Below are positions 31,901 through 40,735 of a stretch of 64,000 bases of DNA, one piece after another. A model generated the notes under the pieces. The model was not told the DNA's origin and did no database searches. It saw only the letters and a program-made list of their open reading frames with translations. The position numbers and the translations under genes were made by a program. Source of the stretch: Bacteroidia bacterium (lineage in GTDB: Bacteria; Bacteroidota; Bacteroidia; UKL13-3); NCBI GenBank assembly GCA_046296495.1, contig JBKBLB010000006.1, positions 37,949 through 101,948 of the forward strand. The letters run 5' to 3'. Positions within the stretch are counted from its first letter, which is position 1. Every line of letters starts with the position of its first letter.

Positions 31901-32753
31901 TATGTTTGGTGAAGATTCTTCATTGCCTCAGGAAAATGGAAACGACATGATATGGAACCCAACAAGAAGGTTTTTTGACCCAACAACAGGACAAGTAGTA
32001 TTTGGAGGTAAACACTACATTTACATTATGGGTACAAACGACTTTAGAAACTTGAATGCCCAAAATGAGCCAACCGGAACATTAAGATACCGTGGACCAA
32101 GATATGATGAAGGAAAGAGCTATGACAGTATTTTTAATGTTGTGCAGTTTATGCAAAGCACATCTCCAACATATACGCTTAATATGCGCTACATATACTC
32201 GCAAGCTATGTGGGTTACAATACCTATGATAACACCTCAGGGCTTTTTGGCAACACCAAAAGACGGTTTAATACCAAACGAATGTACCGTACGTTTAAGA
32301 GTAAAAAGACCATATGCAACTTATTTATATCCAAACCAAACTCCGGTAAACGATAGTTTACCATTTTTTAGGTTTTCAACTACGGCTTTAGCACCAAATA
32401 TAAACGATGTTAAAGCAGGTCAAACCGCATTAGACAAAGTATCATTAACACCTAATCCATATTATGCTTATGCTGGTTATGAAGATCCGGGCAATCAGTT
32501 GGATAACAGGGTAAGAATAACCAATTTACCTGAAAGATGTATTGTAAGTATCTACACCCAAGGCGGATATTTGGTGAGAAGAATAAGAAAAGATGACAAT
32601 ACAAGAACCTTTATTGATTGGGATTTAAAAAATGATGCGAATGTTCCAATATCAAGCGGTGTATATTTGGTACATATTTACGCGCCAGGCTTAGGAGAAA
32701 GGGTTATAAAATGGTTCGGTATAATGCGTAAAGCAGATTTTGATACATTTTAA
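28926..32753 (+). CDS. porU: Candidate T9SS sortase PorU (large secreted protein with a retained CTD-like C-terminus)
   Basis: 1275 aa. Signal peptide. The C-terminal 80 aa form a T9SS CTD-like fold (SLTPNPYYAY...CIVSIYTQGGYLVRRI...SSGVYLVHIYAPGLGERVIKWFGI). It sits immediately upstream of a PorV-like gene. The C25 peptidase catalytic dyad was not verified by eye. Confidence 0.5.
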   Translation: MNKYNIIKLLIFAVITLSATNSFAKENIKDPTGGNLPKGGLRKKASGCLPATQQRDLDINNVRTTILNGGDMWWNLQQARYEIPKVQPGQVSKHSLFAGALWIGGIAEGNLKIAAQTYRQSGNDFFPGPLQIDGSANITQERCKQFDRIYKVTLDEIDVIRDSLKFDPANIPTDIMEWPGNGGPGEAPFLAPFIDVNNDMKYNAEAGDYPALEQNNPRNIPDMMLLTIYNDKGNIHTESDGFPIGIELHTISFGYQTNDEINNMTFYRTTIYNRGSETIDSCVFGQWVDPDLGNYTDDFVECDVNRNLGICYNGDDNDEGILGYGLNPPSVGVNFFEGPRRPDSSEIGLTKFVYYNNDLSVIGNPRRPEHFWNYLNGRWTDGLQITYGGNGRGGTDTASFMFPGTTDPARRAEWTERTAGNQPADRRFLQTAGSFTLLPGAVNRVTVAVVWARATSGGATGSFNLLKQASDRAFVLFKNNFTLIDGPSAPDVLITELDRSIVISLTNYANTEKYIDSTTGVCLGTKSVFQFQGYQIYQLKRNSFTNLSNPEEARLIAQCDIIDGASLIINEVSDPELGTTKRVMVNGENKGIRHTFKITKDEFSQAADPTLVNFQNYYYTVIAYASNTNCAIDPTQYLAGRRNIKIYEAVPHKPFARNQGTQLNSTYGDGPEITKIEGRGNGGNSLLLTKATIEKALVEPYYVNAPVYQKGRGPIQVKVFDPFKVPFAEFELKMVDTSNATNRSTQLRGSAVYWVLKNTTTGEELKSENVIGEPNEQVFGKWGISIKVNQSILPGDATNEKDESNGFIEAEMVFNNPNQVWLTGVPDEAAPIVPFNWIRSGNTGSPTFNNGFLHDFALNGRSIDPRRQYSTILNGTWAPYALCATATPIPTNNQFTHGPGFNSQSGLYDPHFRLSNLMSVDVVFTPDKSKWTRCVVIETGEDPALTIGNVRKMHRRESPSVDKDGKPDGTGNGRGWFPGYAINVETGERLNIMFGEDSSLPQENGNDMIWNPTRRFFDPTTGQVVFGGKHYIYIMGTNDFRNLNAQNEPTGTLRYRGPRYDEGKSYDSIFNVVQFMQSTSPTYTLNMRYIYSQAMWVTIPMITPQGFLATPKDGLIPNECTVRLRVKRPYATYLYPNQTPVNDSLPFFRFSTTALAPNINDVKAGQTALDKVSLTPNPYYAYAGYEDPGNQLDNRVRITNLPERCIVSIYTQGGYLVRRIRKDDNTRTFIDWDLKNDANVPISSGVYLVHIYAPGLGERVIKWFGIMRKADFDTF

Positions 32754-32773
32754 TTCACTTAACATTTAGAAAA

Positions 32774-33892
32774 ATGAAAAAAAGTTTAAAGTATAAATTA
32801 TTAGTTGTTGCAGCCATTATTGCAAATGTGGGTTTTGCGGGAAATCCTGACAGATCTGGAGGTGCCGGGGCAACACAGTTATTGGTAAATCCATACGCAA
32901 GAAGTTATGGTTTAGGTGGAGCCAACTCTGCTTTTATTAGAGGTATTGAATCTCAATACTCAAATATCGGTGGATTAGCTTACACAAATGGAACAGAGTT
33001 AATTTTTTCAAATCTATCGTTTTTAACAGGAGCAGGTATTAATATTAGTAATTTAGGGTTAGCACAATCAATTGGCGAAGAGGGTTCTGGAGGAGTTGTA
33101 GGTTTAAGTATAACTTCATGGAATTTTGGTCAAATACCCATTACTACTTTCGAACAACCAGACCAGACAATTGGAACGTATTCGCCTCAGGTTATAAATA
33201 TTGGCGCTTCATATGCCAAACAATTTTCAAACAGTATTACAGCCGGTATTTTAATGCGTTTAATAAGTGAAGGCGTTGTTGACGTAAGAGCAAACGGAGT
33301 TGCTTTAGACGCGGGTGTTCAATACCAAACCAATATAACACCAGGTAAAAAGAAAATAAAAAACGAAGATTTTAGGTTTGGCATTGGTGTTAGAAATATT
33401 GGACCTGATATGACTTTTAGAGGTGGAGGCTTATCAATTAGAGCAATTAATTCATCTACGGGTGCCGACAGAAGGGTGCTTTTTGATGCAGAAAAATTTA
33501 ATTTACCTGCTTTGGTAAATATTGGTGTGGCTTATGATATGCGTTTGGATAAAACAGAAGACACGTATTTTCATAAATTAACAGCTATGGGTAATTTTAC
33601 TTACAATGCATTTCAAAGCAATATTATTTCTATTGGTGGAGAATATTCTTACAAAGAGATGTTCTTTGGACGTTTTGGTTACACCATGCAAGGAGATAAC
33701 ACTTTTGACTTTAGCCAAAATAATCCACAATACCGTGTACCCACTTACGATGTGTTCGGAGGTGTTACTTTTAGGGTTCCGGTTAGCAAATCAGGTAATG
33801 CTTTTGCTATTGATTATTCTTATGCCCCAACAAGAATTTTTAATGGCAATCATGTAATTTCGTTACGTTTAAATTTCGGAGGAAACAACTAA
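32774..33892 (+). CDS. porV: PorV/PorQ-family (FadL-like) outer-membrane protein. Candidate T9SS shuttle PorV.
   Basis: Signal peptide. The N-terminal block GAGATQLLVNPYARSYGLGGANSA resembles the conserved PorV N-terminal motif. Size of 372 aa. Position 3' of the porU-like gene. Confidence 0.5.
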   Translation: MKKSLKYKLLVVAAIIANVGFAGNPDRSGGAGATQLLVNPYARSYGLGGANSAFIRGIESQYSNIGGLAYTNGTELIFSNLSFLTGAGINISNLGLAQSIGEEGSGGVVGLSITSWNFGQIPITTFEQPDQTIGTYSPQVINIGASYAKQFSNSITAGILMRLISEGVVDVRANGVALDAGVQYQTNITPGKKKIKNEDFRFGIGVRNIGPDMTFRGGGLSIRAINSSTGADRRVLFDAEKFNLPALVNIGVAYDMRLDKTEDTYFHKLTAMGNFTYNAFQSNIISIGGEYSYKEMFFGRFGYTMQGDNTFDFSQNNPQYRVPTYDVFGGVTFRVPVSKSGNAFAIDYSYAPTRIFNGNHVISLRLNFGGNN

Positions 33893-33923
33893 GTATAAAT
33901 TTTACTAATTTTGCATTCTATTA

Positions 33924-33960
33924 GAAACGTTTTGTGCTCGCGCAAAACGTTTCTTTTTTA
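33924..33960 (+). terminator. Rho-independent terminator after the porV-like gene
   Basis: 11-bp perfect stem gaaacgttttg / caaaacgtttc, 8-nt loop, then TTTTTT. Confidence 0.7.
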
Positions 33961-33990
33961 TTAGTGTTCAAACCAAAAAATTAAAGAAAG

Positions 33991-34464
33991 ATGGCAGAAA
34001 TAAATTATGTTACCAAAGAAGGAATGGAAAAGTTGCAAGCCGAATTGCACGATTTAAAATATGTAAAAAGGCCTTTTATAGCCAAGCAAATAGCTGATGC
34101 AAGAGATAAAGGCGATTTAAGCGAAAATGCCGAATACCATGCTGCAAAAGAAGATCAGGCTTTGCTTGAAACAAAAATTGGACAACTTGAAACATTAATT
34201 ACAAACAGCAGAATTATAGATGAAACCAAACTCGATACCAGCAAAGTAATGATGCTAAGCAAGGTTACAGTTTTAAACCACAATACCAAAAAAGAATTGG
34301 TTTATACTTTGGTAAATGAAAAAGAAGCAGATTTAAAAACAGGTAAAATTTCTTTCAAATCGCCAATAGGTATGGGTTTAATGGGTAAAAAAGTTGGTGA
34401 TATTGCTGAAATTAAAGTACCTGCCGGTGTTTTAAAACTTGAAATTAAGAAAATTACACTTTAA
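33991..34464 (+). CDS. greA: Transcription elongation factor GreA
   Basis: Coiled-coil N-domain with DLSENAEYHAAKEDQ. 157 aa. Confidence 0.9.
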   Translation: MAEINYVTKEGMEKLQAELHDLKYVKRPFIAKQIADARDKGDLSENAEYHAAKEDQALLETKIGQLETLITNSRIIDETKLDTSKVMMLSKVTVLNHNTKKELVYTLVNEKEADLKTGKISFKSPIGMGLMGKKVGDIAEIKVPAGVLKLEIKKITL

Positions 34465-34469
34465 AAAAT

Positions 34470-34868
34470 ATGGCAAGCATTTTTACAAAAATTGTAAATG
34501 GCGAAACTCCTTGTTATAAAATTGCTGAAAATGAAAAATTTTTGGCTTTTTTAGACATAAATCCACTTACCAAGGGCCATACGCTTGTAATACCAAAAGC
34601 CGAAAAAGACTATATTTTTGATATAGAAGACAGAGAATTTATGGAATTGCATTTATTTTCGAAAAAAGTAGCATTAGCTATTAAAAAAGCAGTTCCATGT
34701 GTTAGGGTAGGGGTATGCGTAATGGGTTTAGAAGTTCCACATGCACATATCCATTTAATACCCTTTAATACAATGAGCGAAATGAATTTTAGCAATCCCA
34801 AGCTAAAACTTGAAAATAAAGAAATGCAAAGCATAGCTGAAAATATTGCAAAGAATTTTACTGCTTAA
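34470..34868 (+). CDS. HIT-family (histidine triad) protein
   Basis: HAHIHLIP histidine triad. 132 aa. Confidence 0.85.
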   Translation: MASIFTKIVNGETPCYKIAENEKFLAFLDINPLTKGHTLVIPKAEKDYIFDIEDREFMELHLFSKKVALAIKKAVPCVRVGVCVMGLEVPHAHIHLIPFNTMSEMNFSNPKLKLENKEMQSIAENIAKNFTA

Positions 34869-35430
34869 CTTTTTTAGGGTTCTGTTTTACAAAAGCCTCC
34901 CAGCCGGAAACTTTTTTGTTGCTGTTTTCTGATGCCAAACTGTTTTGAAGAAAGTGGCAATACGCTGCTGCTAATCCATCAGTAGCATCAAAAAATTTAT
35001 TATCGGCTTTAAATTTTAACATGGTTTGCAACATGGCAGCAACCTGTTCTTTGCTCGAATTTCCGTTACCGGTAATACTTTGTTTAATTTTGCGTGGCGA
35101 GTATTCGTTTACGGCAAGTTCACGGCTCATGGCAGCAGCAATAGCAACACCTTGCGCCCTGCCAAGCTTTAACATGCTTTGAATGTTTTTACCGTAAAAA
35201 GGGGCTTCTATGGCCATCTCGTCAGGCTTAAACTCGTCAATTAAACCAACGGTACGTTCAAATATTTTTTTAAGCTTAAGGGCATAATCGTCATACTTTT
35301 CAAGCTTAAGTACGCCCAAAGTAAGCAATGATGCTATTTTGCCTGTACATTGAATGATGCCGTATCCCATCACAATGGTACCGGGGTCTATACCAATGAT
35401 AATTCGTTCTTTCTCGGGTGGGTTGTTCAA
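34858..35430 (-). CDS. ruvC: Crossover junction endodeoxyribonuclease RuvC
   Basis: IIGIDPGTIVMGYGII N-terminus. Convergent 11-nt overlap with the HIT gene. Confidence 0.9.
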   Translation of the reverse strand: MNNPPEKERIIIGIDPGTIVMGYGIIQCTGKIASLLTLGVLKLEKYDDYALKLKKIFERTVGLIDEFKPDEMAIEAPFYGKNIQSMLKLGRAQGVAIAAAMSRELAVNEYSPRKIKQSITGNGNSSKEQVAAMLQTMLKFKADNKFFDATDGLAAAYCHFLQNSLASENSNKKVSGWEAFVKQNPKKVKQ

Positions 35431-35490
35431 AATCTTAATTGTTTAAAGCAATTGCTATCCTTTTATTTGTTAACGCAAACTTACAATTAG

Positions 35491-36459
35491 TTGAACGCAC
35501 AAACACAGAAAAAAATCATCAAACTGTTTAAAACTGTTTTAGTTGCAGCCACTTTTGGATTTATAATTTTTAAACTATTTTATACATATAAAATAAATGA
35601 ACTATGGGAGAAGTTTGCACAAAGCAACCAAAATCCAAATTATTTGCTTTTGTTTTTTGCAGTTTTATTTGTTGTATTAAATTGGGGTATTGAAATTGTA
35701 AAATGGAAAAAGCTTATTAGTGTTTACGAACATTTTAGTTTTAGTAATGCATCAAAAAGTGTATTAAGCGGTATAGCATTAAGTATTATCACTCCAAACC
35801 AATTAGGCGATTTTGCGGGTAGGGTAATCCACCTTAAAAAGTTCAACAAAATTAAAGGCTCGCTTGTTGCTATTGTTGGCCATACTGCTCAATTAATGGC
35901 TACCTTATTTGCAGGAGTTTGCGGGTTATTTTATATTTCTTCAACAAATATTTGGTTCAAACAGCAATATATAAAACAAGCAGCAATGCTTTTTTTTATT
36001 GTATTTGTTATTGCTATTTATTTGTATGTGAACCTAAATAAATACACACCCAAAATTGATAAATTAAAGTATTCGGACAAAGTAAAAGATTATTTAAAAG
36101 TGTTTAATGCTTATGATAAAAAAGCACTCACAGAAATTTTAATTTTATCCTTTGTTCGTTATGTTGTTTTTATGTTTCAATACTATTTTTTATTACAGTT
36201 TTTTGGTATAAATGTTTCTTTTATTGCCTCGCTGGCATGCATTGGAACCATATTTTTTGCCCAATCGGTAGTGCCTTCATTTATATTTCTTGACATTGGT
36301 TTGCGTGGAGCAAGTGCAATTTGGATACTTGAGCAATACAGCAACAACACCATTGGTATTTTGCTTTCGGCATATTCGCTTTGGATGATAAACATGATGT
36401 TGCCAGCCATTGCAGGCTTGATAATTATTTTCAAAACCAAATTTACCATTAACGAATGA
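35491..36459 (+). CDS. Polytopic membrane protein of the lysyl-PG-synthase-TM / flippase-like (UPF0104) type
   Basis: About 8 TM helices. Basic N-terminus. 4-nt overlap (ATGA) with the downstream GT2 gene. Confidence 0.5.
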   Translation: MNAQTQKKIIKLFKTVLVAATFGFIIFKLFYTYKINELWEKFAQSNQNPNYLLLFFAVLFVVLNWGIEIVKWKKLISVYEHFSFSNASKSVLSGIALSIITPNQLGDFAGRVIHLKKFNKIKGSLVAIVGHTAQLMATLFAGVCGLFYISSTNIWFKQQYIKQAAMLFFIVFVIAIYLYVNLNKYTPKIDKLKYSDKVKDYLKVFNAYDKKALTEILILSFVRYVVFMFQYYFLLQFFGINVSFIASLACIGTIFFAQSVVPSFIFLDIGLRGASAIWILEQYSNNTIGILLSAYSLWMINMMLPAIAGLIIIFKTKFTINE

Positions 36460-37574
36460 TTTGGATTGTAATTTCGCTAACTCTTACAATGGCCTATTGT
36501 ATGCTTATTCTTGCATACTGGTATGGCTACAGCCGTATGCCTTATTTTAATTTACTGCTTGAACCTAAAACCAAATTTACAGTTATAATTCCTGCTCGAA
36601 ATGAAGAAAAAAACTTAAAACATTGTGTTGAAAGCATTATAAACCAAAACTACCCGCAAGAATTAATTGAAATTATTATAGTTGACGATAATTCGGATGA
36701 TAACACGTTTGCCATTGCTGATGATTTTAGAATAAAATATAAAAATATAACGATTCTAAAAACAAACGATTTCAAAGTATCCGGAAAAAAACATGCCATA
36801 ACCATTGCCATACAAAATGCAAAAAATGATTATTGTGTTTTAACCGATGCAGACTGCCGTTGCAGCGAAAACTGGCTTTTAAGTATAAACAGTTTTTTAC
36901 AAAAAAATCAAACAGTTTTTATTTACGCTCCGGTAACTTTTACAGAGTATACATTATTTCAAAAAATTCAGGCGCTTGAGTTTGCAGGTCTTGTTGGTAT
37001 TGGCGGTGCAGCCATTAATTTAAAAAACCCCAATATGTGTAGTGCATCAAATATGGTTGTATTAAAAAATGTTTTTATTGAGGTTGACGGATATAAAGAC
37101 AATTTGCATTTAAGTGCCGGAGACGATGAATTGCTCTTACAAAAAATATTTAAACATTATCCAAATCAGGTATATTTTTTAAAAAGTAAACAAGCCATTG
37201 TTACCACAGATGCAAACCATACCGTAAAACAACTTACAGACCAGCGAAGGCGATGGGTAAGCAACAGTACCAAATACGAAAATATTTATATTACACTTAT
37301 ATTGATTGGCGCATATATCTTCAATTTTTCAATTGCGTTTAATTTAATTTATGGAATTTTTAATCAATCGTTTCTAATTTGCGGATTGGTTCAACTAATA
37401 CTTAAAATAATTGTAGAAGGAGGCTTTTTATACAACGTGCTTAAGTTGTTTAATAAGCAGTATTTAATTAGGTATTTATTACTTGCCCAACCATTGCATA
37501 TTTTTTATGTTATTGTTATAGGAATATGGGCAAATATAAATGCCTACAATTGGAAAGGACGACAAGCAAACTAA
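36456..37574 (+). CDS. Family 2 glycosyltransferase (membrane-anchored)
   Basis: VIIPARNEEKNL...IIVDDNSDDNT DXD-type GT2 signature. C-terminal TM helices. Confidence 0.8.
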   Translation: MIWIVISLTLTMAYCMLILAYWYGYSRMPYFNLLLEPKTKFTVIIPARNEEKNLKHCVESIINQNYPQELIEIIIVDDNSDDNTFAIADDFRIKYKNITILKTNDFKVSGKKHAITIAIQNAKNDYCVLTDADCRCSENWLLSINSFLQKNQTVFIYAPVTFTEYTLFQKIQALEFAGLVGIGGAAINLKNPNMCSASNMVVLKNVFIEVDGYKDNLHLSAGDDELLLQKIFKHYPNQVYFLKSKQAIVTTDANHTVKQLTDQRRRWVSNSTKYENIYITLILIGAYIFNFSIAFNLIYGIFNQSFLICGLVQLILKIIVEGGFLYNVLKLFNKQYLIRYLLLAQPLHIFYVIVIGIWANINAYNWKGRQAN

Positions 37575-37846
37575 TGGAAAAAGAACTTAGCGAAATAGAG
37601 TGGGAAATACTTAATGCAATTTATTTTGTTGAACCCTTTGAGCATATAGTGCAAGAAGTAAATGCGCCCGTACCTGTTATTGCCGATTGTTTAAAGCAAC
37701 TTATACATAAACGATTTGTTGTTGCGCTCGAGTGGAACGAAGAAAAACAAGACTACATAAAAACATTTATGTACGATACCGATAATATGTGCAGTTACCG
37801 CTACTTGGCAACCAAAGAGGGTTTACTGGCTCATAACAGCCGTTAG
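37574..37846 (+). CDS. Small hypothetical protein (about 90 aa). Start overlaps the GT2 stop (TAATG).
   Basis: Open frame with good local coding look. No recognizable motif. Confidence 0.35.
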   Translation: MEKELSEIEWEILNAIYFVEPFEHIVQEVNAPVPVIADCLKQLIHKRFVVALEWNEEKQDYIKTFMYDTDNMCSYRYLATKEGLLAHNSR

Positions 37847-37852
37847 TTTTTT

Positions 37853-38587
37853 ATGCTAACCAAAGTTAAAGGCATTGTAATTAGCAAAGTAAATTTTAAC
37901 GATAATAGCGTTATAGCCAAAATTTATACCAATGTTTTTGGCCTACAATCGTACATTGTTAATGGTGTAAAAAACAACAAAGGTGTTGTTAAACAATCGC
38001 ACTTACTTACTTTAAACTTGCTCGAGTTAGATGTTTACCATCAGCAAAACAAGAACCTGCAACGCATTAAAGAAATTAAGTGTTTTCCGTTGCTTATAAA
38101 TTTACATGCCGATATGGTAAAAAGCAGCATAGCTGTTTTTATGTCGGAGTTGATTTATAAAAGCATAAAACACGAAAACATACCCGATGAAAATCTATTT
38201 TCATTTCTGTATCAAAGCATTTTGTATGTCGAAAATTCAAAAAATACATTAAGCCATTTTCATTTGTGGTTTATGTTGCATTACAGCAGTTTTTTAGGTT
38301 TTGAACCTAAGCCAAATTTTTCTGATAATAAGCAATATTTTTCACTTATTGACGGATATTTTGTTGAAGCAGAGGGTTTAAACACATGCCGGGCAGAAAC
38401 AAGCAAACAAATTTTTAATTTAATAACTGTTGAAGCTAAAAATTTGCATGAACTGATGTTTACAGAAAACCAGCGAATAAAAATTTACGAAGCATTATTA
38501 AAATACTTCGAATTGCACGAAATTGCACTTGGTACAATAAACTCTTATAAAATTTTAAAACAAGTATTCGGAAAAATATGGAAATAA
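37853..38587 (+). CDS. recO: DNA repair protein RecO
   Basis: The N-terminal OB-fold pattern (KGIVISKVNFNDNSVIAKIYT) and the 244 aa length are consistent with RecO. Confidence 0.75.
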   Translation: MLTKVKGIVISKVNFNDNSVIAKIYTNVFGLQSYIVNGVKNNKGVVKQSHLLTLNLLELDVYHQQNKNLQRIKEIKCFPLLINLHADMVKSSIAVFMSELIYKSIKHENIPDENLFSFLYQSILYVENSKNTLSHFHLWFMLHYSSFLGFEPKPNFSDNKQYFSLIDGYFVEAEGLNTCRAETSKQIFNLITVEAKNLHELMFTENQRIKIYEALLKYFELHEIALGTINSYKILKQVFGKIWK

Positions 38588-39915
38588 TATTTTTAATTGT
38601 AGGTATTGCTGTAGGTTTTGCAATAGGCTGGTTTGCTAAAAAGCAGCCTCAAATAAATAATACAGAAGAACTTAATCAAATACAACAAAACCTCAAACAA
38701 ATAGAGATAGAATTAGGTTCGGCACAAAAAGAAAATACACTGCTAAACGAATTAATTAAAACAACACGTATTGAAAACCAAACACTGCGGGATGAAAACA
38801 CTAAACTGAATATTGACATAGCAAAAGCTCAAACTAACGCCCATGCATTGCTGCAAAGAGTTGAAGAACAAAAAGCAGAAATGTTGCAACTTAAAGAGCA
38901 AATGAACAAAGATTTTGAAAACCTTGCCAATAAAATTTTTGAAGAAAAATCGGAAAAGTTTGCCAACCAAAATAAAAATAGTTTAGACCAAATTTTATCA
39001 CCACTAAAAGATCGAATAAAAGATTTTGAAGATAAGGTACAGAAACATTACGAAGAAGAAACCCGAGAAAAAGCATCGCTAAAAGAGCAAATTTCAATAC
39101 TTTACACGTTAAATCAAAAAATGAGTGAAGAAGCACAAAACCTTACAAAAGCACTTAAAGGTGATACAAAAGCACAAGGAAACTGGGGCGAGTTTATTCT
39201 TGAAAGTATTTTAGAAAAATCGGGGTTGGTAAAAGGCCGAGAGTATATTTTGCAAGCAAGTTATACCGATGCCGAAGGCAGGCGTTTTCAGCCCGATGTG
39301 GTAATAAATTTACCTGATAATAAATCTTTAATAATTGATAGTAAGGTAAGTTTGGTTGCTTACGATAAATTTATTTCGGCCGATGATGAAAGCACCAAAA
39401 ACAATGCGGTAAAAGAACATTTACAAAGCATAAGGCAACACATAAAAGGGTTGGGAGATAAAAATTATCAGCAATTGTACGATTTAAAAACACTTGATTT
39501 TGTATTGCTTTTTATTCCGGTTGAACCGGCTTTTGCTTTGGCAGTTCAAAACGATTCGAATTTGTTTAATGATGCTTTTGATAAAAATATAGTAATAGTA
39601 TCTCCAAGTACACTGCTTGCAACCCTGCGTACTGTAGCAAGTATTTGGAGGCAAGAAAACCAAAACCGCAATGCTATTGAAATTGCTCGCAAGGCCGGAG
39701 ATTTGTATGATAAGTTTACCGGTTTTGCCGAAGATATGATTGATTTAGGCAAAAAACTCGATTCGGGCAAAAAAGCGTATGTAGATGCCATGAACAAATT
39801 GGTAGAAGGAAAAGGAAACCTGGTAAGAAGAGCCGAAGAACTAAAAACCATGGGAGCAAAAGCATCTAAAAACCTGCCTCAAAACCTTATAGATAGGGCA
39901 ACAGATGATGTTTAA
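38578..39915 (+). CDS. rmuC: DNA recombination protein RmuC
   Basis: N-terminal TM helix, long coiled coil, and conserved RmuC C-terminal domain (…LLFIPVEPAF…VIVSPSTLLATLRTVA…). Confidence 0.85.
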   Translation: MEIIFLIVGIAVGFAIGWFAKKQPQINNTEELNQIQQNLKQIEIELGSAQKENTLLNELIKTTRIENQTLRDENTKLNIDIAKAQTNAHALLQRVEEQKAEMLQLKEQMNKDFENLANKIFEEKSEKFANQNKNSLDQILSPLKDRIKDFEDKVQKHYEEETREKASLKEQISILYTLNQKMSEEAQNLTKALKGDTKAQGNWGEFILESILEKSGLVKGREYILQASYTDAEGRRFQPDVVINLPDNKSLIIDSKVSLVAYDKFISADDESTKNNAVKEHLQSIRQHIKGLGDKNYQQLYDLKTLDFVLLFIPVEPAFALAVQNDSNLFNDAFDKNIVIVSPSTLLATLRTVASIWRQENQNRNAIEIARKAGDLYDKFTGFAEDMIDLGKKLDSGKKAYVDAMNKLVEGKGNLVRRAEELKTMGAKASKNLPQNLIDRATDDV

Positions 39916-39919
39916 AATT

Positions 39920-40714
39920 TTAAATTAATTTTTCTTCACCAAGTCCAAATAAAACCAAATCATACTTTACAGGGTCGGTATTCGAAAATTTTTTGAGGTT
40001 TTCTGTTAGTTCAACAGCGGCTTGCCAATCGTTTTGCTTGCGGGTAAGCAGGTTTAGTTTTCGGGCAACGGTGCCGCTGTGCACATCAAGCGGGCATACC
40101 AATTGTTGCGGTTTTATTTTAGTCCACAACCCAAAATCAACACCACTATTATCTTTTCTTACCATCCATCGCAGGTACATATTTAAGCGCTTACAAGCCG
40201 ATTTTTGTTCGGGGCTTGCTATATGTTTTTTTGTTCGGTTTGGTACATGTGGCAGGCTAAAAAATAATTTTCTAAAATTATTTAGTCCTTTTTCAATTGT
40301 TTGGTCTGTTGGTTTCAAGCCTAAAACAAAAGCATCTTCAAGTGTAGTGTGTGTTTTATAAAACTCATTTAAAAAGTTTATAAAATATAGCAAATCATTA
40401 TCGTTAAAAGTTCGGTGTTTAAATCCAATAAGTTTTTTTAAATCATTATCAGTTGCATTTAAAACAAAAAGGTAAGGTTCATTATCCATTCGGTTTAGCA
40501 AATCAGTGCATTTATTGATAATGGTTTTACGCAAACCCCAGGCAAGTATAGCAGCAAAAAAACCGGCAATTTCAATATCTTGTTTTTGTATGAACCTATG
40601 TGGAATGCAAATTGGGTCGTTGCTAATAAAATTAATGTGATTATATATTTTCAGGTGTTTGTCGAGAAATTTTTTTAAGTTGCATTTTGCCGTTTGATTG
40701 TATTCTTTTGCCAT
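39920..40714 (-). CDS. Conserved hypothetical protein, TIGR02757/DUF2400-like
   Basis: 264 aa with no signal peptide. Resemblance to the Bacteroidota-wide uncharacterized family (…GFFAAILAWGLRK…). Confidence 0.4.
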   Translation of the reverse strand: MAKEYNQTAKCNLKKFLDKHLKIYNHINFISNDPICIPHRFIQKQDIEIAGFFAAILAWGLRKTIINKCTDLLNRMDNEPYLFVLNATDNDLKKLIGFKHRTFNDNDLLYFINFLNEFYKTHTTLEDAFVLGLKPTDQTIEKGLNNFRKLFFSLPHVPNRTKKHIASPEQKSACKRLNMYLRWMVRKDNSGVDFGLWTKIKPQQLVCPLDVHSGTVARKLNLLTRKQNDWQAAVELTENLKKFSNTDPVKYDLVLFGLGEEKLI

Positions 40715-40735
40715 CCTAAAAATATTTACAAGTTT

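Noticed and set aside
25101-32753. SusC/SusD-like polysaccharide utilization locus.
   Set aside because: The second gene is 1275 aa with a CTD-like end, not a roughly 500-aa SusD-like lipoprotein. The second TBDR, at 60449-63250, also has no SusD neighbour.
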